Source of the DNA: Antedon mediterranea
Lineage: Eukaryota; Animalia; Echinodermata
Direction of reading: 5' to 3'
Assembly: GCF_964355755.1 (NCBI RefSeq)
Contig: NC_092672.1
Coordinates: forward strand, 32,246,437 to 32,310,436
DNA length: 64,000 nucleotides
The notes under the pieces were generated by a model. It was not told the DNA's origin. It saw only the letters and a list, made by a program, of their open reading frames with translations, and made no database searches. The position numbers and the translations under genes were made by a program. Shown in pieces: positions 27,975 through 38,844 of the stretch. The first letter of the stretch is position 1. The number at the start of each line of letters is the position of its first letter.

Positions 27975-30726
27975 TTACCAGCTACCACCTTCCTTTGATC
28001 CGGAGGTAAAAAATCCCCCTCCCATAGTATTCATTGAATTACTATCCTGAGCCCCGGTATTACCACCCCAACCAAGAGCATTCTGACCATCCCCGAAAGA
28101 CCCAGGTTGCTGCTGTGTTGGCTGTGCCTGTTGCTGCTGGCCCTGTACAGCTCCCCCAGTTCCTTGATTCATCATACCCATCATGTTAAAGTTCTGGGCA
28201 AGGGCCTGGGCAGTAGCTGCAACCATAGCATTCAGGGAGAGGTTACCCAACTGATTCATACCACCACCACCACTACCTCCTCCTCCTCCTCCCCCACCGC
28301 CTTGTCCTCCCCCGCCCCCTCCACCACCACCTCCTGACATCGCACCAGGGTTACCTGAACCTCCATAGTTATTTGAACGCCTGTCATCGTAACCACGTCG
28401 TGAATTGCTGCTGCGACTACGATCATTGTAGCGGCCATGTCCAGAACCATAGTCTGTAGCAAAGAATGTGTAGACTTTATATAAAAAGAACTATATTTAA
28501 TTTTCCATAGGGTGTTAACAACTTGTATCCTTTCTTTCAGATTGCATGTATTGTATTGTACATCCCGAATAATAGGAGGCATGAGAAACATAAAAATGTG
28601 TGTAACCGAGCACTGACACTCCAGGTTCCCTATGACTTTAGCTCGACACCATGGACAAACCCTCTATGACCAAGTCATGGCACCAAACCCTTTATGGCTT
28701 AGCAGTGAGAATGAACTCTTACCTCTTCCTCCGCCACCACCACCTCCATATCCTTGCATCATCTGCATCATTGGGTTGTTGTCCATGTTTCGTTGCATGA
28801 ACTGTCTTGAATGCTTGGGTTCTGCTCTGTCAATATGTACACTGTAACCCTGAAATTTACAAAAGAATCGGCATTCAAAGATTTGCTGAAATGGAGACAT
28901 GGCATTAACAGCACCGTTGCGGTACCTTAGATATTCCTCTAGGAAACACTAGCACACAAATTAACACAAAAATCTGCTCTGTAAGGTAACTTACTTAGGC
29001 CTCCAACTAACCTTTATAGTACGATCTTCTCCCAGCAATTTCATGGCATCTTCGGCATCAGCGAACGTAACAAAAGCGATGCCTCTGAACGGCGTGGGAA
29101 TGTAGACGTCTGTAACCTCTCCAAACTGACCAAAGTATGAGTATAGGTCTTCAGAAGTGGTTCCATCACCAACACGTCTCAGAAATATCTTTTTACTTTG
29201 TTCTCTTTCAGGGTAACCCTGTAAATTTCATTTGTTATGAAATAAATAATTTATTAATGATATACCTTTTTATTAGAAATGGTATGGGAATTCAACACTA
29301 GCAATTAAGTGTTTAAGATGGACGTGAGCTAAACAAACGTAGGTCTTGGATAACGTCAATACTTACACGATCAGGATACCTCACGTCACACCACCTTCCA
29401 TCAATTTGATGTCGCCTAGAAACAACTTTATCTTGAACTGTAGGGTCTTGAAACCTGACAAACCCAAATCCTTTGGACTTGCCTGTTATATGGTCATTTT
29501 TTATCTAAAAAGAAATAGTTATTTATTAATTTGTTTACAATCATTTGGAAATATTTGTTGCACTTAAATGTTGTTTAAAGCTCTGTCTATACTTTCAAAC
29601 TTTATGCGACCAAAAAATTTGATGTGCCCATATATGGACATTATGATGTCATATCACTAACATTTTTCAGCACATCACACTTTTTTTGTCAAACTAGTTT
29701 GATAGTGTAGACAGAGCTTTGGACGTTATGTAATCATCAAGAATTGGCCTAATTATAAGTCATTTGTCTTTCACACTTGTTCCGGAATATCGGATCACAA
29801 TGTTTTGTTTTCCCGACACTCTACACGGCTATGCGGTGGAGCGTCGAGAAGACAAAAAATATGATGTTTGATTTGATTGGCGCCGAACCAGGACTGTGCC
29901 CGAACAGGTTTGAAACACTCTTTACTCCTTACTTCTGCAAGTTCAAGTTCCCCATATTGTTCAAAGTAGCTTTTCATGTCCTCTGGTTTGGTACGGAATG
30001 GCAGACCTAGAACAATTAAATCTGTCGATTTGTTTCTTTCCACTTTTCTTGTTTTTCCTACGGGATTGTCTTGTGTCTCTTCTCCTTTTCTTTTGTTATC
30101 TACAATAAAAATGTTAATTGAACAATATCTTATTGAAGAATGATGGGATATGATTGTGAATGTTGGCGGGACTAGCACATTACCCAGTATGCAGCAGAAT
30201 GTGAATGTAATGATAAAAATAACTGAGAAATGAAGGCATTTTAATCATTCATCCTCTTATCTCCCAAAAAATTGCAATCCATAACATGGACCATATGGTA
30301 CTACTGAACCTGCTGTAGGGCCTGCTGACCATGGCCAGCCGGATAGTTAATGATAGATGGCGCCCCAGCCCAGCAGTTTACTGACTCCACCCATCATAAT
30401 TTTTGTATTTTGTATAATAAACTGTATTTTGATTTCCTTACTTAGAGTTAGGCCTAGGGCTTAGTTTATTTACCTGTAACTGTATTTTTAGGGAATGCAG
30501 CAATATATAAATAATCATGCCACACATCATCCGGTGGCTGTATTGCGTTTTCTACCAAACGTAGCCCTCTCATAGCACCAGAATCGGGATTGCGGTATTT
30601 TAGCCCAGTCGCGCCCGGGTACTGAGCGTGGAGCGTCGACAACAATATCGTACCATCGGCCTCGACTGGGAGTTCCATCGGCTCCGGGTCATTTTCGTCT
30701 TCGACTGTACGAACGTACTGCGTCAT
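27975..30726 (-). CDS. TARDBP: TAR DNA-binding protein 43 ortholog, 456 aa; exons 30726-30474, 30099-29933, 29504-29367, 29218-29012, 28849-28723, 28453-27975; non-coding exon 1 ends at 30843
   Basis: NTD ([41 protein letters not shown]), bipartite NLS (DNKRK..KTRKVER), RRM1 ([26 protein letters not shown]), RRM2 ([21 protein letters not shown]), AEPKH, then a Gly/Gln/Asn-rich tail. All GT-AG junctions are in frame (1371 nt). Confidence 0.97.
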
Positions 30727-30859
30727 ATTGCTATAAAAAATCACAGAAATTATGCACTCAAGTTTACTGAAATAAGCTGTATTCTTTAAAAACAAAATTC
30801 TTAGCATAAAATACTGTTTAAACTAATATAAAATTAACTTACATTTTCCTTTTCACACG

Positions 30860-30920
30860 TGAGCAAAATGGCGACCCAAGCGTAAATTGTACACAACATA
30901 ACCAGATGAGGGCGCTTTTC
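30860..30920. promoter_or_regulatory. TDP-43 core promoter / TSS region
   Basis: YY1-type AAAATGGCG at 30865-30873 (CGCCATTTT in transcript sense) just 5' of the exon-1 donor. CTCF-like CCAGATGAGGGCGCT at 30902-30916. Confidence 0.45.
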
Positions 30921-31106
30921 TGTATTTGTTTTTTCACAAGAAGATCATGCTTGTGTCAGCTTGTGTCAAGCTAGCCGACAATAAGCCAGCCGACAATAAG
31001 CCAGCCCACTTTTATTTTTTCCAGCCGACAATAACTATGAAACGCCGTTTGTGTATTTTTCACATTTTCAGTATTGTTTAAGGTTTTTATAGTATTAGAA
31101 ATTCAA

Positions 31107-34100
31107 TATTTGTGAGAAAATGGCGGATTGCTCCTGGGAGTCACTTGGTGGAATTATATTAGGGTACCTACTTAGTCGTCCAGTATAAGTTAGGGTGGGA
31201 CCACTGGTCCCGTTTACTCAGCCCTCATCTTTTAAATCTGAGTGTAACTCAATTCCGATTTTTAATATTATAGTGAAATTTGATACTGTATTTGTGAGAA
31301 AATGGCGGATTGCTCCTGGGAGTCACTTGGTGGGATTATACTAGGGTACCTCCTTTGTCGTCCAGTATAAGTTAGAGTAGGACCGCTGGTCCTGTTTACT
31401 CAGCCCTCATCTTTTAAATCTGAGTGTAACTCAATTACGATTTTTAATATTATAGTGAAATTTGATACTGTATTTGTGAGAAAATGGCGGATTGCTCCTA
31501 GGAGTCACTTGGTGGGATTATACTAGGGGACCTCCTTAATCGTCCAGTATAAGTTAGAGTAGGACCGCTGGTCCCGTTTACTCAGCCCTCATCTTTTAAA
31601 TCTGAGTGTAATTCAATTACGATTTTTTATATAGTAAAATTTGATACTGTATTTGTGAGAAAATGGAGGATTGCTCCTGGGAGTCACTTGGTGGGATTAT
31701 ACTAGGGTACCTCCTTAGTCGTCCAGTATAAGTTAGAGTAGGACCGACCGCTGGTCTTGTTTACTCAGCCCTCATCTTTTAAATCTAAGTGTAACTCAAT
31801 TACGATTTTTAATATTATAGTAAAATTTGATACTGTATTTGTGAGAAAATGGCGGATTGCTCCTGGAAGTCACTCGGTGGGATTATACTAGGGTACCTCC
31901 TTAGTTGTCCAGTATAAGTTAGAGTAGGACCACTGGTCTTGTTTACTCAGCCCTCATCTTTTAAATCTGAGTGTAACTCAATTACGATTTTTAATATTAT
32001 AGTGAAATTTGATACTGTATTTGTGAGAAAATGGCGGATTGCTCCTGGGAGTCACTTGGTGGGATTATACTAGGGTACGTCCTTAGTCGTCCAGTATAAG
32101 TTAGGGTGGGACCACTGGTCCCGTTTACTCAGCCCTCATCTTTTAAATCTGAGTGTAACTCAATTACGATTTTTAATATTATAGTGAAATTTGATACTGT
32201 ATTTGTGAGAAAATGGCGGATTGCTCCTGGGAGTCACTTGGTGGGATTATACTAGGGTACCTCCTTAGTCATCCAGTATAAGTTAGAGTAGGACCACTGG
32301 TCCTGTTTACTCAGCCCTCATCTTTTAAATCTGAGTGTAACTCAATTACGATCTTTAATTTTATTATAGTGAAATTTGATACTGTATTTGTGAAAAAATG
32401 GCGGATTTGTCCTGGGAGTCACTTGGTGGGATTATACTAGGGGACCTCCTTAATCGTCCAGTATAAGTTAGAGTAGGACCGCTGGTCCCGTTTACTCAGC
32501 CCTCATCTTTTAAATCTGAGTGTAACTCAATTACGATTTTTTATATAGTGAAATTTGATACTGTATTTGTGAGAAAATGGCGTATTGCTCCTGGGAGTCA
32601 CTTCGTGGGATTATACTAGGGTAACTCGTTAGTCGTCCAGTATAAGTTAGGGTGGGACCACTGGTCCCGTTTACTCAGCCCTCATCTTTTAAATCTGAGT
32701 GTAACTCAATTCCGATTTTTAATATTATAGTGAAATTTGATACTGTATTTGTGAGAAAATGGCGGATTGCTCCTGGGAGTCACTTGGTGGGATTATACTA
32801 GGGTACCTCCTTAGTCGTCCAGTATAAGTTAGGGTAGGACCGCTGGCCCTGTTTACTCAGCCCTCATCTTTTAAATCTGAGTGTAACTCAATTACGATCT
32901 TTAATATTATAGTGAAATTTGATACTGTATTTGTGAGAAAATGGCGGATTGCTCCTAGGAGTCACTTGGTGGGATTATACTAGGGGACCTCCTTAATCGT
33001 CCAGTATAAGTTAGAGTAGGACCGCTGGTCCCGTTTACTCAGCCCTCATCTTTTAAATCTGAGTGTAAATCAATTACGATCTTTAATATTATAGTGAAAT
33101 TTGATACTGTATTTGTGAGAAAATGGCGGATTGCTCATAGGATTCACTTGGTGGGATTATACTAGTGGACCTCCTTAATCGTCCAGTATAAGTTAGAGTA
33201 GGACCGCTGGTCTTGTTTATTCAGCCCTCATCTTTTAAATCTGAGTGTAACTCAATTACGATTTTTAATATTATAGTGAAATTTGATACTGTATTTGTGA
33301 GAAAATGGCGGATTGCTCCTGGGAGTCACTTGGTGGGATTATACTTGGGTACCCCCTTAGTCGTCCAGTATAAGTTAGAGTAGGACCGCTGGCCCTGTTG
33401 ACTCAGCCCTCATCTTTTAAATCTGAGTGTAACTCAATTACGATCTTTAATATTATAGTGAAATTTGATACTGTATTTGTGAGAAAATGGCGGATTGCTC
33501 CTAGGAGTCACTTGGTTGGATTATACTAGGGTAACGCCTTAATCGTCCATTATAAGTTATAGTAGGACCGCTGGTCCCGTTTACTCAGCCCTCATCTTTT
33601 AAATCTGAGTGTAACTCAATTACGATTTCTTATATAGTGAAATTTGATACTGTATTTGTGAGAAAATGGCGGATTGCTCCTGGGAGTCACTTGGTGGGAT
33701 TATACTAGGGCACCTCCTTAGTCGTCCAGTATAAGTTAGAGTAGGACCACTGGTCTTGTTTACTTAGCCCTCATCTTTTAAATCTGAGTGTAACTCAATT
33801 ACGATTTTTAATATTATAGTGAAATTTGATACTGTATTTGTGAGAAAATGGCGGATTGCTCCTGGGAGTCACTTGGTGGGATTATACTAGTGGACCTCCT
33901 TAATCTTCCAGTATAACTTAGAGTAGGACCGCTGGTCCCATTTACTCAGCCCTCATCTTTTAAATCTGAGTGTAACTCAACTACGATTTTTTATATAGTG
34001 AAATTTGATACTGTATTTGTGAGAAAATGGCGGATTGCTCCTGGGAGTCACTTGGTGAGATTATACTAGGGTACCTCTTTAGTCGTCCAGTATAAGTTAG

Positions 34101-37100
34101 AGTAGGACCGCTGGTCTTGTTTACTCAGCCCTCATCTTTTTAAATCTGAGTGTAACTCAATTACGATTTTAAATATTATAGTGAAATTTGGTACTGTATT
34201 TGTGAGAAAACGGCGGATTGCTCCTGGAAGTCACTCGGTGGGATTATACTAGGGTACCTCCTTAGTCGTCCAGTATAAGTTAGAGTAGGACCGCTGGTCT
34301 TGTTTACTCAGCCCTCATCTTTTAAATCTGAGTGTAACTCAATTACGATTTTTAATATTATAGTGAAATTTGATACTGTATTTGTGAGAAAATGGCGGAT
34401 TGCTCCTGGGATTCACTTGGTGGGATTATACTAGGGTACCTCCTTAGTCGTCCAGTATAAGTTATGATGGGACCACTGGTCCCGTTTACTCAGCCCTCAT
34501 CTTTTAAATCTGAGTGTAACTGAATTACGATTTTTAATATTATAGTGAAATTTGATACTGTATTTGTGAGAAAATGGCGGATTGCTCCTGGGAGTCACTT
34601 GGTGGGATTATACTTGGGTACCTCCTTAGTCGTCCAGTATAAGTTAGAGTAGGACCGCTGGCCCTGTTTACTCAGCCCTCATCTTTTAAATCTGAGTGTA
34701 ACTCAATTACGATCTTTAATATTATAGTGAAATTTGATACTGTATTTGTGAGAAAATGGCGGATTGCTCCTAGGAGTCACTTGGTGGGATTATACTAGGA
34801 GACCTCCTTAATCGTCCAGTATAAGTTAGAGTAGGACCGCTGGTCCCGTTTACTCAGCCCTCATCTTTTAAATCTGAGTGTAAATCAATTACGATCTTTA
34901 ATATTATAGTGAAATTTGATACTGTATTTGTGAGAAAATGGCGGATTGCTCATAGGATTCACTTGGTGGGATTATACTAGTGGACCTCCTTAATCGTCCA
35001 GTATAAGTTAGAGTAGGACCGCTGGTCTTGTTTATTCAGCCCTCATCTTTTAAATCTGAGTGTAACTCAATTACGATTTTTAATATTATAGTGAAATTTG
35101 GTACTGTATTTGTGAGAAAACGGCGGATTGCTCCTGGAAGTCACTCGGTGGGATTATACTAGGGTACCTCCTTAGTTATCCAGTTAAAGTTAGAGTAGGA
35201 CCACTGGTCCTGTTTACTCAGCCCTCATCTTTTAAATCTGAGTGTAACTCAATTACGATCTTTAATATTATAGTAAAATTTGATACTGTATTTGTGAGAA
35301 AATGGCGGATTGCTCCTGGGAGTCACTTGGTGGGATTATACTAGTGGACCTCCTTAATCTTCCAGTATAACTTAGAGTAGGACCGCTGGTCCCATTTACT
35401 CAGCCCTCATCTTTTAAATCTGAGTGTAACTCAACTACGATTTTTTATATAGTGAAATTTGATACTGTATTTATGAGAAAATGGCGGATTGCTCCTGGGA
35501 GTCACTTGGTGAGATTATACTAGGGTACCTCTTTAGTCGTCCAGTATAAGTTAGAGTAGGACCGCTGGTCCTGTTTACTCAGCCCTCATCTTTTAAATCT
35601 GAGTGTAACTCAATTACGATCTTTAATATTATAGTAAAATTTGATACTGTATTTGTGAGAAAATGGCGGATTGCTCCTGGGAGTCACTTGGTGGGATTAT
35701 ACTAGTGGACCTCCTTAATCTTCCAGTATAACTTAGAGTAGGACCGCTGGTCCCATTTACTCAGCCCTCATCTTTTAAATCTGAGTGTAACTCAACTACG
35801 ATTTTTTATATAGTGAAATTTGATACTGTATTTGTGAGAAAATGGCGGATTGCTCCTGGGAGTCACTTGGTGAGATTATACTAGGGTACCTCTTTAGTCG
35901 TCCAGTATAAGTTAGAGTAGGACCGCTGGTCCTGTTTACTCAGCCCTCATCTTTTTAAATCTGAGTGTAACTCAATTACGATTTTAAATATTATAGTGAA
36001 ATTTGGTACTGTATTTGTGAGAAAACGGCGGATTGCTCCTGGAAGTCACTCGGTGGGATTATACTAGGGTACCTCCTTAGTCGTCCAGTATAAGTTAGAG
36101 TAGGACTGCTGGTCCTGTTTACTCAGCCCTCATCTTTTAAATCTGAGTGTAACTCAATTACGATTTTTAATATTATAGTGAAATTTGATACTGTATTTGT
36201 GAGAAAATGGCGGATTGCTCCTGGGAGTCACTTGGTGGGATTATACTAGGGTACCTCCTTAGTCGTCCAGTATAAGTTATGGTGGGACCACTGGTCCCGT
36301 TTACTCAGCCCTCATCTTTTAAATCTGAGTGTAACTGAATTACGATTTTTAATATTATAGTGAAATTTGATACTGTATTTGTGAGAAAATGGCGGATTGC
36401 TCCTGGGAGTCACTTGGTCGGATTATACTAGGGTACCTCCTTAGTCGTCCAGTATAAGTTAGAGTAGGACCACTGGTCCTGTTTACTCAGCCCTCATCTT
36501 TTAAATCTGAGTGTAACTCAATTACGATTTTTAATATTATACTGAAATTTGATACTGTATTTGTGAGAAAATGGCGGATTGCTCCTGGGAGTCACTCGGT
36601 GGGATTATACTTGGGTACCTCCTTAGTCGTCCAGTATAAGTTAGAGTAGGACCGCTGGCCCTGTTTACTCAGCCCTCATCTTTTAAATCTGAGTGTAACT
36701 CAATTACGATCTTTATTATTATAGTGAAATTTGATACTGTATTTGTGAGAAAATGGCGGATTGCTCCTAGGAGTCACTTGGTGGGATTATACTAGGGGAC
36801 CTCCTTAATGGTCCAGTATAAGTTAGAGTAGGACCGCTGGCCCTGTTTACTCAGCCCTCATCTTTTAAATCTGAGTGTAACTCAATTACGATCTTTAATA
36901 TTATAGTGAAATTTGATACTGTATTTGTGAGAAAATGGCGGATTGCTCCTGGGAGTCACTTGGTGGGATTATACTAGTGGACCTCCTTAATCGTCCAGTA
37001 TAAGTTAGAGTAGGACCGCTGGTCCCGTTTACTCAGCCCTCATCTTTTAAATCTGAGTGTAACTCAATTACGATTTTTTATATAGTGAAATTTGATACTG

Positions 37101-38844
37101 TATTTGTGAGAAAATGGCGGATTGCTCCTGGGAGTCACTTGGTGAGATTATACTAGGGTACCTCCTTAGTCGTCCAGTATAAGTTAGAGTAAGACCGCTG
37201 GTCCTGTTTACTCAGCCCTCATCTTTTAAATCTGAGTGTAACTCAATTACAATTTTTTATATAATGAAATTTGATACTGTATTTGTGAGAAAACGGCGGA
37301 TTGCTCCTGGAAGTCACTCGGTGGGATTATACTAGGGTACCTCCTTAGTCGTCCAGTATAAGTTAGAGTAGGACCACTGGTCCTTTTTACTCAGCCCTCA
37401 TCTTTTAAATCTGAGTGTAACTCAATTACGGTTTATAATATTATAGTGAAATTTGATACTGTATTTGTGAGAAAATAGCGGATTGCTCCTGGGAGTCACT
37501 TGGTCGGAGTATACTAGGGTACCTCCTTAGTCGTCCAGTATAAGTTAGAGTAGGACCACTGGTCCTGTTTACTCAGCCCTCATCTTTTAATCTGAGTGTA
37601 ACTCAATTACGATTTTAAATATTATAGTGAAATTTGGTACTGTTGTGAGAAAACGGCGTATTGCTCCTGGAAGTCACTCGGTGGGATTATACTAGGGTAC
37701 CTCCTCAGTCGTCTAGTATAAGTTAGAGTAGGACCGCTGGTCTTGTTTACTCAGCCCTCATCTTTTAAATCTGAGTGTAACTCAATTACGATTTTTAATA
37801 TTATAGTGAAATTTGGTACTTGTTTTGTGAGAAAACGGCGGATTGCTCCTATGAGTCACTTGGTGGGATTAGACTAGGGGACCTCCTTAATCGTCCAGTA
37901 TAAGTTAGAGTAGGACCGCTGGTCCCGTTTACTCAGCCCTCATCTTTTAAATCTGAGTGTAACTCCATTACGATTTTTAATATTATAGTGAAATTTGATA
38001 CTGTATTTGTGAGAAAATGGCGGATTGCTCCTGGGAATCACTTGGTGGGATTATACTAGGGTACCTCCTTAGTCGTCCAGTATAAGTTAGAGTAGGACCG
38101 CTGGTCCCGTTTACTCAGCCCTCATCTTTTTAAATATGAGTGTAACTCAATTACGATTTTAAATATTATAGTGAAATTTGGTACTGTATTTGTGAGAAAA
38201 CGGCGGATTGCTCCTGGAAGTCACTCGGTGGGATTATACTAGGGTACCTCCTTAGTCGTCCAGTATAAGTTAGAGTAGGACCGCTGGCCCTGTTTACTCA
38301 GCCCTCATCTTTTAAATCTGAGTGTAACTCAATTACGATCTTTAATATTATAGTGAATTTTGATACTGTATTTGTGAGAAAATGGGGGATTGCTCCTGGG
38401 AGTCACTAGGTGGGATTATACTAGGGGACCTCCTTAATCGTCCAGTATAAGTTAGAGTAGGACCGCTGGTCCCGTTTACTCAGCCTTCATCTTTTAAATC
38501 TGAGTGAAACTCAATTACAATTTTTTATATAGTGAAATTTGATACTGTATTTGTGAGAAAATGGCGGATTGCTCCTGGGAGTCACTTGGTAGGATTATAC
38601 TAGGGTACCTCCTTAGTCGTCCAGTATAAGTTAGGGTGTGACCACTGGTCCCGTTTACTCAGCCCTCATCTAATAAATCTGAGTGTAACTCAATTACGAT
38701 CTTTAATATTATAGTGAAATTTGATACTGTATTTGTGAGAAAATGGCGGATTGCTCCTGGGAGTCACTTGGTGGGATTATACTAGGGGACCTCCTTAATT
38801 GTCCAGTATAAGTTAGAGTAGGACCGCTGGTCCCGTTTACTCAG
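31107..38844 (+). repeat. Forward tandem array, about 43 copies of a 180-182-bp unit
   Basis: TATTTGTGAGAAAATGGCGGATTGCTCCTGGGAGTCAC... recurs at 31107, 31289, 31471 etc. Confidence 0.97.

Noticed and set aside
28107-28847. Plus-strand and shifted-frame ORFs overlapping TDP-43
   Set aside because: Shadows of Gly/Gln low-complexity codons.
29795-29932. ORF extension beyond TDP-43 exon 3 and similar read-throughs (28664-28722, 30727-30807)
   Set aside because: Intronic read-through past clear splice sites, with no TDP-43 similarity.
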